DNA from: Myxococcota bacterium
Lineage (GTDB): Bacteria; Myxococcota_A; Polyangia; Nannocystales; Nannocystaceae
Direction of reading: 5' to 3'
NCBI GenBank assembly: GCA_039028615.1
Contig: JBCCHT010000010.1
Location: 96,001-160,000 of the forward strand
Length of the DNA stretch: 64,000 nucleotides
This document shows, piece after piece, positions 8,217-18,301 of this stretch (positions are counted from its first letter, which is position 1; every line of letters begins with the position of its first letter). The notes beneath the pieces were generated by a model. The model saw only the letters and a program-made list of their open reading frames with translations, made no database searches and had not been told where the DNA came from. Made by a program: the position numbers and the translations under genes.

Positions 8217-11200
8217 TCAGATCCCGCTGGCGAGTTCCTGCTCGATGATGTCCTTCAACTTGTCGTAGGACTGAGCCCCGGACATCAGGCGACCGTTGAT
8301 GAAGAACGTGGGAGTACCGCGCGCCTCGTTGTCGGTGCAGAGCTTCTGCTGCGTCGTCACCTCGTTGGCGGTGCTGGACGCGTCGAAGTCGGCCTTGAAC
8401 TTGACGGTATCGAGCCCGAGCTCGGCGGCGTAGCCGATGAAGTCGCCCTTGTCGCGCTTGGACTTGTCCTCGAAGAGCTTGTCGTGCATCTCCCAGAACT
8501 TGCCCTGGGCGTGGGCGGCGACCGCGGCCCGGGCGGCGGGCTCGGCCCCCACATGGAACGACAGCGGGTTGTGCAGCCAGTACATCGCGACCTTGCCCTC
8601 GTAGTCGGTCAGCACCCGGTCGAGGGTCGGCGTGGCGCGCTTGCAGAAGGGGCAGTCGAAGTCGCCACACTCGACGATCTCGACGCGCACGAAGCCCGTG
8701 GCGCCCTTGCGGGGCAGCCCGGTGGTGTCGATGGTGTGCCGCGTCTCGCTGGCGGTGGTGGTGACCGGGGTCGTGGTCTCGGCGATGACCTCCGACGCGA
8801 AGTGGGCGGTCATGCCTTCGTAGAGGTCCTTGCGGGTGTTGCCGCGGCGCTCGACGTAACGCACGGCTCGGCTTTGCTCTTCGTCGACCACCGTCTCGAA
8901 GCCCTGGATGGGCTGGGCACCCGCCAGGTGCCGGCCGTTGACGAAGAACGCGGGCGTGCCCACCACGCCGAACTTCTTGGCGTCTCGCAGGTCCCGCTGC
9001 ACCACGGCGGCGGTCTCGGCGTCGCTGAAGTCACGATCGAAGCGCACCAGGTCGAGCCCGATCTCGTCGGCCAGCAGCCGCACCTGGCTCTCGCTCAGCC
9101 GACTGTTGTTGTCGAAGAGCTTGTCGTGCATCTCCCAGAACTTGTCCTGGCGCCCCGCCGCCACCGCGGCGCGAGCGGCCATCTCGGCCTGGTCATGCAT
9201 GGGCAGGGGGTTGTGCCGAAACACCAGCCGCACCTCGGGGTTCTTGGCCAGCAACGCGTCGAGCGTGGGCAGCACCCGCTTGCAGTAGGGGCACTGGAAG
9301 TCGCCGAACATCACCACCGTGACCAAGGCGTTGTCCGGGCCGCGCACGGGGGGCTCGCTGCCCAGGGGCACCGCGTAGTTGACGTTCGACTCGGGGCGGC
9401 CCTTGGCGGTACCGGCTGGCGTGGTGTTCGGCCAGATGTCGTCGACATAGGGGACGGGGCTGGGCTCGGGCTCGTCGAGCACCTTGACCGGGGTTCCGTC
9501 GCCGCCTTCGTCCCCGGACTTGGCGTCCTGGCTGCACTCGTTCACCGCTTTGAGGGTGGTGGCGGCGAGGATGCAGTCGATCTCGGTGTCGGTGGTGTCG
9601 TCGCCGAGGCACTCGTCCATGAGCTCGTGGCGACGCTCGAACATGTCGTCCTCGAAGCCCACGGCGGCCAGCTCGGTCTTCATGAGGTCGACGACGTGGT
9701 CGATGAGCTCGTTGCAGCGCTTGTAGCGACGGTTGCGAGCCAGGTCCTCGGCGACCTCTTCGCCGATGACCTTCATCAGGCCCCGGGTGAGGTCGGCCAG
9801 CGCATGCTCGCTCGAGGTGTGCAGGGTGGTGCGGAACACGAAGGTGCGGCCCGACTGCTCACCGCGGAGCGTGAGCACCTCGAGCATGGAGTACACGGGC
9901 TTCCACTTGTCCATGTCCTCCTTGTCGTCCTCGTCGAGCTGGCTGCGGACCTCGGCGAGGAGCTCGCGGATGTCGAGCATGCCGGAGACCAGGCCGCCCT
10001 TCTTGGTGGCCTTTTTGATGACGTCGATGCGGGGGTCCTTGCGGAAGGACTCGCCCGTGCCCTTGATGAACGCCGCGAGGTCGACCTTGCCGATGGCGCC
10101 CCACAGCACGCCCTCGTGGATGAAGTACTGGAGCTTGGGTTTGTCGTCGACGACGTAGATGGTGGTGCCGGCGACCTGGTCGAGCTCGAGGTCGAGCTCG
10201 CCCTCCATGCGGCCGTAGAAGCGCTCGGCCGTCTTGCGCGCGGCCTCGCCGTCGCGCAGGCCCGCCCACATGATGGCGCCGAAGTCCTCGAGCTCTCCGT
10301 CCTCGGGGGGCAGGTTGTGCAGCGCGAAGCCGTACTGTCCGTCGAGGTTGTCGATGAGGTCGGTGCGGATGTCGAGCCCGGTCTCCTCGCGGAAATCGTT
10401 CTCGAACCCGGTGAGGGCCAGGGGACCGCTGAGGCCGAAGCCGCCCTCGAGCTGCTTGGGGTCGAAGATGCCATCGACGACGGCGAGCACGGGCTTGGGC
10501 AGGCGGTCGATGAGGTCGGTGCCGCGCTCGAGCTTCGCGAACATCTCCACCGCCTTGACGTCCTCGCGGAGGATCGTCTGGAAGGACAGGTGCAGGCGCG
10601 GGCCATCGTCGGACAGCATCACCGCCATGCCGTCGAGGTCGGCCAGGGCCATGCGGGCGGCCATGAGCTCCATGCCCTTGCCGGGCAGAGCGGCACGACC
10701 GGACTGCCCGTCGACGTACATGCCCACGAGGATCTTGCCCTTCTCGCGCTTGATCTCGCCGAAGCCGGGCCGGTCGGCCAGCGACTCGCCCTTCTTGGTC
10801 TGGGCCACGCGCTTGGCGTTGCTCTCGACCTCTTCGGAGGAGCCGCCGGTCACGAAGATGACGCGCTTGTCCGAGAGCAGGGCGGCGACGGCGATGGGCT
10901 CGTCGAGCCACAGACCCGGGGTCTCGGCGTAGCTGCGCTCGATCCAGCGCAGGTCGTCCTCGGCCCCGAGCAGCTCGGCTGCCTTGGACGAGATGGCCTT
11001 GCGCATCGCGTCCTTGTCTTTGAGACCGACCGACACGGCGACGCCACCGTCTCCGTCGAGCAGCGCCACGCCCATGGGCTCGTCGATGTCGAAGCCCCAC
11101 GAGGTGTAGCTCTCGGGATCGAAGGGATCCATGCCGAGCTCTTCTTCGAGCTCGGTGCGGATGGGCTCGGGGACCTCGTCGCCGAACAGCTCGAGCGAGC

Positions 11201-12173
11201 TTCGGGGCGAGGACACGGCGAGCATGCCGACGGTGTCCTCGGGCAGCTCGCGGGCGAGCTGCTGCATGAACGCCTGGCTACGCCCGGTGATGAGCGAGAC
11301 GATGCCGTAGATCAATCCACCGAGCAGGCCGGCGGCCACGAGCCCGAGCACCACGCGAATGACGAGACGGCGTCGGGCACCGGGCTCGACGGGGGCGCGC
11401 CGCTTGGCGCTGCGGGGCTGGGCGTCGCCGAGCTTGATCACCGCGTTGGCCACGGGCGCCGAGTGGGTGGCGACGACGGGGGAGGGGACGCCTGCGGGAA
11501 TGGGGGCGCTGGCGGCCACGGGAGCTTCGGCCACGGGCGCTCCGGGGGCGGGCGCGGCCACGGGCTCGCTGGCGGGCTCGGGCGCGGCAGCCACGGGCGC
11601 TTCGGGAGCGGGCGCGGACGTGTCGAAGCCGGGGGCGGTGGGCGCGAGGGCGGCCGGGGTTCGCACGGGGATGGGCCCCCCGGGCGCTGGCGCGGGACCG
11701 ACCAGCGTCCCGCCGCCCGCGGAACCCTGCGGTGCCGTCCCGGAGGACGACGCATGAGACGTGGGCGCGTCGCCATCGTCGGAGGCGATCGCGGTGGACG
11801 GCAGCGTCGACGACGAGCGCGGATCGGGCTCGGACTCGCTGCCCGAGGCGGTCCCTCCGGACAGGGGGGCGTCCGCCCCGAGGATCTCCACGAGGGTGAT
11901 GTCGGTGGTGCCGCAGCGGAAGCTCTGACCCTGGTACAGGGCGAACTGAGGCAGCCGCTTGCCTTCGCGCAACGTGCCGTTGCGACTACCGAGGTCGCGG
12001 ACGATCACGTGGCCCTTGGTGAACTCGATCTCGGCATGCAGCGCCGAGGCCTCGGGGTCACGAAGGAGAATGTCGCCGGATTCCCGCCCCACGATCGTGC
12101 GGCCCGGACCCAGGGTCACGAGCTCGGGTTCACGATCCGGGAAGCGGAGCTGAAGGGTGATCTTGGGTGACAG
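8217..12173 (-). CDS. FHA domain - Pro/Ala linker - TM - large periplasmic domain - tandem DsbA/thioredoxin domains
   Basis: FHA (VGR..ASALHA..DLGSRNGT), TM VVLGLVAAGLLGGLIYGIV, two DsbA folds DFQCPYC..GTPAFFVNG and DFDCPFC..GTPTFFING; start taken as CTG 12173 (track start 12119). Confidence 0.88.
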   Translation of the reverse strand: MSPKITLQLRFPDREPELVTLGPGRTIVGRESGDILLRDPEASALHAEIEFTKGHVIVRDLGSRNGTLREGKRLPQFALYQGQSFRCGTTDITLVEILGADAPLSGGTASGSESEPDPRSSSTLPSTAIASDDGDAPTSHASSSGTAPQGSAGGGTLVGPAPAPGGPIPVRTPAALAPTAPGFDTSAPAPEAPVAAAPEPASEPVAAPAPGAPVAEAPVAASAPIPAGVPSPVVATHSAPVANAVIKLGDAQPRSAKRRAPVEPGARRRLVIRVVLGLVAAGLLGGLIYGIVSLITGRSQAFMQQLARELPEDTVGMLAVSSPRSSLELFGDEVPEPIRTELEEELGMDPFDPESYTSWGFDIDEPMGVALLDGDGGVAVSVGLKDKDAMRKAISSKAAELLGAEDDLRWIERSYAETPGLWLDEPIAVAALLSDKRVIFVTGGSSEEVESNAKRVAQTKKGESLADRPGFGEIKREKGKILVGMYVDGQSGRAALPGKGMELMAARMALADLDGMAVMLSDDGPRLHLSFQTILREDVKAVEMFAKLERGTDLIDRLPKPVLAVVDGIFDPKQLEGGFGLSGPLALTGFENDFREETGLDIRTDLIDNLDGQYGFALHNLPPEDGELEDFGAIMWAGLRDGEAARKTAERFYGRMEGELDLELDQVAGTTIYVVDDKPKLQYFIHEGVLWGAIGKVDLAAFIKGTGESFRKDPRIDVIKKATKKGGLVSGMLDIRELLAEVRSQLDEDDKEDMDKWKPVYSMLEVLTLRGEQSGRTFVFRTTLHTSSEHALADLTRGLMKVIGEEVAEDLARNRRYKRCNELIDHVVDLMKTELAAVGFEDDMFERRHELMDECLGDDTTDTEIDCILAATTLKAVNECSQDAKSGDEGGDGTPVKVLDEPEPSPVPYVDDIWPNTTPAGTAKGRPESNVNYAVPLGSEPPVRGPDNALVTVVMFGDFQCPYCKRVLPTLDALLAKNPEVRLVFRHNPLPMHDQAEMAARAAVAAGRQDKFWEMHDKLFDNNSRLSESQVRLLADEIGLDLVRFDRDFSDAETAAVVQRDLRDAKKFGVVGTPAFFVNGRHLAGAQPIQGFETVVDEEQSRAVRYVERRGNTRKDLYEGMTAHFASEVIAETTTPVTTTASETRHTIDTTGLPRKGATGFVRVEIVECGDFDCPFCKRATPTLDRVLTDYEGKVAMYWLHNPLSFHVGAEPAARAAVAAHAQGKFWEMHDKLFEDKSKRDKGDFIGYAAELGLDTVKFKADFDASSTANEVTTQQKLCTDNEARGTPTFFINGRLMSGAQSYDKLKDIIEQELASGI

Positions 12174-12347
12174 GGCGCTCGCTCCCGGTGGGTTGGCTTA
12201 CGAACGAAGTGGCTTGCAGTATTCCAGCGGCCCCCGTCCCGCGCAAGCGCGCGCAGCACCGTGATCGGGGCCACCGTCGCGCGTGCCACCGCGCGACCGA
12301 AGGTTTCGGTTTGCTCGGATCGGGACGCCTGGACGCAGCCTGTTAGC

Positions 12348-13682
12348 ATGCCGGTCGTGGAGCGCACGGTTCCCTACGGCGCCAGTGGAATACCCATCCG
12401 CACCTTGTGGGCCGAAGTCGTCGAGGGCCCCCAGACCGGTATGCGAACGGTGGTCTCGAGCGATCGCCTGACGGTGGGGACGGCCCAGGGCAACCACCTC
12501 CAGCTCGGCGATCCCACGGTGTCGCGGTATCACGCCGAGCTGTCGCCGGCACCGGAAGGGATCGAGGTCGTGGATTGCGGCTCGACCAACGGGATCGTGG
12601 CCCATGGGGTTCGGGTCCACCGAGCGATCGTCGCGCCCGGCAGTCGGCTGCGCCTGGGCGCCAGTGTGATCCAGGTCGCCGAGGGGGATGCGGTGACCGT
12701 GGAGGTGTTGCCCGACGAAGCGCTGGCCGGCCTGCGCGGCCGCAGCCCGCTGATGCGGCGGCTCATGGCTCAGATTCGTCAGGTCGCGGGCTCGCAGGTC
12801 TCGGTCCTGGTGCATGGCCCGTCGGGCACGGGCAAGGAGCTCATCGCCCAGGCGGTGCACGAGCTCGGCCCCCGGGCGGCGCAGCCCTTCATCACCGTCG
12901 ACTGCGCGGCGCTCATGCCCACCCTCATCGCCAGCGAGCTGTTCGGGCACGAGCGCGGGGCGTTCACCGGAGCCGATCAACGCCACGTCGGCGCGTTCGA
13001 GCGAGCCCACGGCGGCACCTTGTTCCTCGACGAGGTGGGAGAGCTGCCCCCCGCGCTGCAGGCCAACCTCCTCGGGGTGCTCGAGCGTCGCCGCTTTCGT
13101 CGGCTGGGCGGGCGCGAGGAGATTTCGGTCGACGTCCGCGTGGTCTCGGCGACCAACCGCGACCTGCGGTCCGAGGTCAACGCGGGCAGCTTTCGTCTCG
13201 ACCTCTACTATCGCCTGGCGGTGGTGCGCCTCGACGTGGCTCCGCTGGCCGAGCGTCGCGAGGACATTCCCTTGCTGGTCGAGCACTTCCTGCGCGAGTG
13301 CGGCCACGCCGGGCCCGTCCAGGAGCTCATCTCCGATCCGGCCATGGACGCGCTGATGCAGCATCGGTGGCCGGGCAACGTGCGAGAGCTTCGGAACCTG
13401 GTGGAGGCCACGGTGGCCATGGGGGAGACCCCGCCCCTGCACGACCCCGGCGACGAGCCCTTGGCCGGAGGCGCCACCGCGTCGCCCCCGGACGACGTCT
13501 TTGGCGAGGTGCTGGGCCACTCCTATAAGGACGCGCGGCGAGAGGTCCTGTTGCGCTTCGAGTCGCGGTATCTGGGCGACCTGCTGGAGCGGGCGGGCGG
13601 CAACGTCTCCAAGGCGGCGCGCCTGGCTGCCATGGATCGCTCCTATCTCATCGATCTCCTGCGTCGACACGGCCTGCGCTGA
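12348..13682 (+). CDS. FHA-domain sigma-54-dependent transcriptional activator (Fis-type HTH)
   Basis: FHA (VSRYHA, DCGSTNG), [31 protein letters not shown]-terminal [10 protein letters not shown]; start chosen at ATG 12348. Confidence 0.93.
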   Translation: MPVVERTVPYGASGIPIRTLWAEVVEGPQTGMRTVVSSDRLTVGTAQGNHLQLGDPTVSRYHAELSPAPEGIEVVDCGSTNGIVAHGVRVHRAIVAPGSRLRLGASVIQVAEGDAVTVEVLPDEALAGLRGRSPLMRRLMAQIRQVAGSQVSVLVHGPSGTGKELIAQAVHELGPRAAQPFITVDCAALMPTLIASELFGHERGAFTGADQRHVGAFERAHGGTLFLDEVGELPPALQANLLGVLERRRFRRLGGREEISVDVRVVSATNRDLRSEVNAGSFRLDLYYRLAVVRLDVAPLAERREDIPLLVEHFLRECGHAGPVQELISDPAMDALMQHRWPGNVRELRNLVEATVAMGETPPLHDPGDEPLAGGATASPPDDVFGEVLGHSYKDARREVLLRFESRYLGDLLERAGGNVSKAARLAAMDRSYLIDLLRRHGLR

Positions 13683-13685
13683 GCG

Positions 13686-14384
13686 CTACTCGGGCTCGCT
13701 GCACAGCGGGTCGACGTCGTTGGTCTGGGCGGACTCCCCCGAGCAGTTCGGCTCGAGGGCGAACATCGGGTTGCTGGCGCATCGGTGGACCTCGTCCATG
13801 CACCGCACGTTCGAGACGTCGAGCTCCAGCGGGATCTCGCCCTCGAAGCCGCCGAGCACCACCGGGCAGCTGTACACGCAGCCCATGAGCGTCTCGCAGG
13901 CGAACTCCTCGCCCTGGGCCTCCACGTCGGCTTCGGTGCCCGCGATCACGGTGGCGCGGATGATGACGGGATCATCGAGGGGCAAGTCGGGCACGCGTTG
14001 CCCGGACAGCGCCTCGCGTGCCTGTTCGACCGCGCGCAGCAGGTTGCGGTCTTCGCCGACCGGGAGCTCGTAGATGGAGCGTCGGTCGAGGTCGGGGCTG
14101 CAGTCGTGCGTGGGGTCGGCACACCAGCTCTCGAGCGCGGTGGGGCGACAGCGCGGGACGCCCCCGAGCGGAATGACGTCGACCACGACGCTGAGCACGG
14201 GCGGGTCCCGGTCGTAGACCCGGCAGGCCATCAGGCGCCCCTGTTCGTCGATGCAGTCGAAGCCGCGGGGGGCCTGCTCGTCGGGCATGGTCACGCTGCC
14301 GAGCACGAGCTCCACGTGGCGGACCTCGGCTTCGCAGCCCGCGAGCGCCATTACACCCGCGACGACGGCCCGCCCTCGGATCAC
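13686..14384 (-). CDS. Cys-rich hypothetical lipoprotein
   Basis: GTGA overlap with upstream gene stop; lipobox LAGC; many Cys residues; GC3-biased codons. Confidence 0.65.
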   Translation of the reverse strand: MIRGRAVVAGVMALAGCEAEVRHVELVLGSVTMPDEQAPRGFDCIDEQGRLMACRVYDRDPPVLSVVVDVIPLGGVPRCRPTALESWCADPTHDCSPDLDRRSIYELPVGEDRNLLRAVEQAREALSGQRVPDLPLDDPVIIRATVIAGTEADVEAQGEEFACETLMGCVYSCPVVLGGFEGEIPLELDVSNVRCMDEVHRCASNPMFALEPNCSGESAQTNDVDPLCSEPE

Positions 14385-15565
14385 TGGAACTGCACCTCGG
14401 TGCGCGGCGGTGGCTGCTGCAGCACGATTGCCGTGATCCCGGCTGCTCCCGCCGCGGTCAGGCCGATCGCCAGCCAAAAACCCCACCGTCGCACCAGCGG
14501 CTTGGGCGGGGCCAGCACTTCGCCCTGGACCAGCAGGTCTTCGAGCAGCGCGGGGGCGACCGTGGGCAGCTCCTCGTGGGCGGCCTGGCGCTCGGTTCTC
14601 GCCGCGATGCGATCGTCGATCGCCAGCACGCCGCGTAACTCGACGCCTTGGTCGCCCTCGGCGGTGACCAGCAACAAGCGCTGGGCCCGGACCGCCCGCG
14701 CGAGCAAGCGAACGGAGTGCGCGGAGTCGATGGCAGGGGAGCCGGCGTAGCGGGTGGACCACTGGCGGGCCACTTCCACCGGAGGTGCGGGCGTCAGGGT
14801 GAGCGTCTCGGTCGTGCCCGTCGCGGGCACCTTGATCCGCTGCACCAGCGGCTGGCTTCCCGTCGCGTGCACGCGCACCACGTGGTCGCCTGCGGGCAGG
14901 TCGAGGTCGCAGGGGCTCGTGCAGCTCGAGGGGCGGCCGTCCACCGAGACGGTGGCGCGCGAGGGCTCGGTCTGCAGGGCCAGCGTGGCCGGGGCACGCT
15001 GGCTCACCGTGACCATGGCGCGGCCCAGGACCGCCTCGACCTCAGGAGTCACCGCTTCCACATCGGACGGAATCTCGAGGTCGTAGACGGCAAAGTGCTC
15101 GGCGACCCGCTCCGCCCGCTCGGTCTGGGCCGCTCCCACGTAGCAGGCCAGGCGCCACAGCAACAGCCGGCTGACGGTGGTGCGTCGGTTGTCGCCGAGC
15201 AGCGTGGTCTCCAGGCTCTCGCCCACCAGCGCCTGCTGGCAGCCCTCGAAGTCGGCCTCGATGTAGCGGGCCCGCGCGGTGGCCAGGCGATCTTCGAAAC
15301 CCAGGCGCGGCACGGCGACGGCGGGCAGCGGCGGCAGCTCGGCGAAGCGAAGCTCAACGGGAAGCTCCGAGTCCTCCAGCACCTGCCGTAGCTCGGGCTC
15401 GAGCCCTTCGTCCGCCTGCACCACGATGGTCACGGGAGGACCGGTGGGCGGCGGCGGTCTTCGTCCCGCGCAACCGGTGCCCACCGAAGTCCAGACCAAC
15501 AGCGAGCCGAGCCCCGTCACACCGATGCGGCGGGATGCCGCCCGGGCCCAGTTGCGTCGAGGCAC
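14381..15565 (-). CDS. PEGA-domain lipoprotein with C-terminal TM
   Basis: Lipobox GTGC; TEPSRATVSVDG..TSPCDLDLPAGDHVVRV PEGA motif; RRWGFWLAIG TM typical of myxobacterial PEGA proteins. Confidence 0.82.
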   Translation of the reverse strand: MPRRNWARAASRRIGVTGLGSLLVWTSVGTGCAGRRPPPPTGPPVTIVVQADEGLEPELRQVLEDSELPVELRFAELPPLPAVAVPRLGFEDRLATARARYIEADFEGCQQALVGESLETTLLGDNRRTTVSRLLLWRLACYVGAAQTERAERVAEHFAVYDLEIPSDVEAVTPEVEAVLGRAMVTVSQRAPATLALQTEPSRATVSVDGRPSSCTSPCDLDLPAGDHVVRVHATGSQPLVQRIKVPATGTTETLTLTPAPPVEVARQWSTRYAGSPAIDSAHSVRLLARAVRAQRLLLVTAEGDQGVELRGVLAIDDRIAARTERQAAHEELPTVAPALLEDLLVQGEVLAPPKPLVRRWGFWLAIGLTAAGAAGITAIVLQQPPPRTEVQFQ

Positions 15566-15642
15566 CGCGAGATCCTATCAGGCCCCAGGCGGGCCCAGGG
15601 CGGCGAGTTCTGCCCTTGAGCGTGCGTGCTATAGAAACGTCG

Positions 15643-17376
15643 GTGGAGCTCGGGCGCTACCGGGTGTTGCGGCCGATCGGGCGGGGAGGCATGGCCGAGG
15701 TGCTCGAGGCCGTCGCCGAGGGGGCCGAGGGCTTCCAGCGACGGGTCGCGATCAAGCGGCTGCTGCCCGGCCACGAGCAAGATGCGGCCTTGGTCGGCAT
15801 GTTCGTCGACGAGGCCCGCATCGCCAGCCGCCTGCACCACGGCAACATCGTCTCCGTCTTCGACTACGGCATCGTCGACGGTCAGCCCTTTCAAGTGCTC
15901 GAGCTGGTCGATGGCCTCGATGCCGGTCAGCTGTGCGCTCGGGGCCGGCAACGTGACACCCCGCTGCCTTTGCCGCTGGCGCTGCACATCGGCACCACCA
16001 TCGGCCATGCCCTGCACCACGCCCACACCGCCACCGACCTCGAGGGGCAACCGCTGGGCATCGTGCATCGCGACGTGAGCCCGGCCAACATCCTGGTCTC
16101 GTGGGACGGCGACGTGCTGCTCACCGACTTCGGCATCGCGTTCGCCAAGCAGCGATCCGAGCGCACCCAGACCGGCATGGCGAAGGGTACGGTGATGTAC
16201 TGGGCGCCCGAGCAAGCCACCGCAGGTCGGGTCGATCCGCGGACCGACGTGTTCGCGCTCGGGGCCACCGTGCACCGACTGATCGTCGGGCGCAGCCCCT
16301 TGGCGGGAGAGAATGCGCTGGCCGATCTGTTGGTCGGTCGGCCCTTGCCGCTCGATCCCTCGCTGCCGCCGGACGTGGCCGAGGTCATCGCGCGGGCCGT
16401 GCAGCGCGACAAAGCCGAGCGTTATGCCGACGCCGGGGCGCTCGCCGCGGCGCTGGGGGCCTGCATGTCCAGTCGGCTCGCCGAGGATCCTCGCAGTGCG
16501 CTGCGGCGCTGGCTCGAGGCCTTGCGCGACCCCGAGCCCGCGCCCGAGCCCGCGCCGCGCGGCCGCTTGGATGCGTTGTTCGACGTGCAGTGGGTGGTGG
16601 CCGGCACCGACGACGGGGTGCGAACCTTCGTGGTCGAGCGCACCTCTCCCGCACCCGCACCCGCGCCCGTACCCGTCGCCACCGACGAGGTGGCTGCGGG
16701 GGGCACCGAGCTCAGCCCGGCCTCGCCGACGACCGACGAGCCCGAGCCTCGCCGCGTGATCGCGGTGGTGATCGCGGTCCTCGGTGTGCTCCTGGTCGGC
16801 GGAGTCGGGGCATGGGCGTGGGCCTCGGGCATGGTCGACGGCGGCGGCGGGCGCTCGGAGTCGAGCATCGCGGCGGCGAGCGAAGAGTCACCGAGCACGC
16901 CGTTGCCGACCGAGGCCGCCGCCGTCGGGTCGACCACGGATTCGACCGCCGCCTCCGACGTCACCTCGGACACCGATGCACTCGGAACCGATGAGACCGC
17001 CGATACGGGTGAGGACGACGACACGGGGAGCAGCACGGGCGCGACTGCGAGCATCGAGCCTCTACCGAAGCGCTCCAGCGGATCCAAACCGTCGGCCAAG
17101 AGTCCGCCGCGCCCGCCGAAGCGCGCCGAGCCATCGTCGCCGTCGGTTGCGGGGGGGCCGGCCTTCGTGCTCATCGGAGGCGCGGGCGCACTGCGGGCGG
17201 AGATCATGGTCGGCGGTCGGTCTCATGGCTTTGCCCCTCGCTTGGTGAAGCTGCCCATGGGCCGACACCGCGTAGTCTTGAGAGATGCCCAAGGAAAAGT
17301 CGTGAGTCAGCGCCAGGTCGACCTGCGTTCCTCACATACCCGCAGCTCGCCGTTGCGTTGGAACGTCGCCCCCTGA
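15643..17376 (+). CDS. Membrane Ser/Thr protein kinase with C-terminal PEGA-like domain
   Basis: IGRGGMAEV, VAIK, HRDVSPANIL, DFG, YWAPE; TM; start uncertain (15622 or 15643). Confidence 0.92.
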   Translation: MELGRYRVLRPIGRGGMAEVLEAVAEGAEGFQRRVAIKRLLPGHEQDAALVGMFVDEARIASRLHHGNIVSVFDYGIVDGQPFQVLELVDGLDAGQLCARGRQRDTPLPLPLALHIGTTIGHALHHAHTATDLEGQPLGIVHRDVSPANILVSWDGDVLLTDFGIAFAKQRSERTQTGMAKGTVMYWAPEQATAGRVDPRTDVFALGATVHRLIVGRSPLAGENALADLLVGRPLPLDPSLPPDVAEVIARAVQRDKAERYADAGALAAALGACMSSRLAEDPRSALRRWLEALRDPEPAPEPAPRGRLDALFDVQWVVAGTDDGVRTFVVERTSPAPAPAPVPVATDEVAAGGTELSPASPTTDEPEPRRVIAVVIAVLGVLLVGGVGAWAWASGMVDGGGGRSESSIAAASEESPSTPLPTEAAAVGSTTDSTAASDVTSDTDALGTDETADTGEDDDTGSSTGATASIEPLPKRSSGSKPSAKSPPRPPKRAEPSSPSVAGGPAFVLIGGAGALRAEIMVGGRSHGFAPRLVKLPMGRHRVVLRDAQGKVVSQRQVDLRSSHTRSSPLRWNVAP

Positions 17377-17503
17377 TCGATTCGGCAGACAGACCGCGTC
17401 GGGTTGCCGTATGGTGCGCCCCCGCCTGATGCAATAGACCGGCCGTGGCCGAGGTTGGGCAGGCGCTTCGCTACGGCAGACCCGAGCGAGCAAGGAGCCA
17501 TCG

Positions 17504-18301
17504 ATGCTTGAGGTCGTCGGACTGAGCAAGTCGTTTCCCCTGGCCAAGTCGCGTGGCGGCGGCCGCAAGCGCGTGTCGGGACCGGTCGATCCCCGAGAAG
17601 ACGGCCGCACCTTCCACGCGATCCGAGGTCTCGACTTCACCGTCGAAGACGGGACCATCGTCGGACTGCTGGGGCCCAACGGCGCGGGCAAGACCACCCT
17701 GCTGCGGGTGTTGTCCACGGCGCTGCGCCCCACCGCTGGCACGGCGACCTTCGATGGCATCGACATCGTTCGCGACCCCCTGGCGGTGCGCCGCAAGCTC
17801 GGCTTCTTGTCCGGCAATACCGGGCTCTACGGGCGGCTCAGCCCCCGCGAGATGCTGAGCTACTTCGGTCGTCTGCACGGCCTCGATGGCAGCGAGCTCG
17901 ACCGCCGCATCGACGACCTCGTGCAGCAGCTCGGCATGGGCGACTACGTCGACCGCCGCAACGACACGCTCAGCTCGGGCATGAAACAAAAGGTCTCCAT
18001 CGCCCGCACCCTGATCCACGACCCGGCCATCGTGGTCTTCGACGAGCCCACCACCGGCCTCGACGTCGCGGCGGCCGAGACCATCCTGCGCCTGGTCGAG
18101 CGCTGTCGCGACGAAGGCAAGACGGTGTTGCTGTCCACGCACCACATGCACGAGGTGGCCCGGGTCTGCGACCGAGTCATCGTGATTCACCAGGGCTCGC
18201 TGCGCTTCACCGGCTCCATCGACGAGATGAGAGCCCACGACGAAGGGGCCGCGCTCGATCGGGCCCTGCTGTCCATCGTGGGGGAGGTGGCCGATGCGTA
18301 G
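17504..18301 (+). CDS. ABC transporter ATP-binding protein (NatA-like)
   Basis: [44 protein letters not shown]. Confidence 0.93.
   Translation: MLEVVGLSKSFPLAKSRGGGRKRVSGPVDPREDGRTFHAIRGLDFTVEDGTIVGLLGPNGAGKTTLLRVLSTALRPTAGTATFDGIDIVRDPLAVRRKLGFLSGNTGLYGRLSPREMLSYFGRLHGLDGSELDRRIDDLVQQLGMGDYVDRRNDTLSSGMKQKVSIARTLIHDPAIVVFDEPTTGLDVAAAETILRLVERCRDEGKTVLLSTHHMHEVARVCDRVIVIHQGSLRFTGSIDEMRAHDEGAALDRALLSIVGEVADA

Noticed and set aside
8484..12170. 1228-aa plus-strand ORF
   Set aside because: Antisense shadow of the FHA-DsbA gene; high GC3 bias suppresses stops; no motifs
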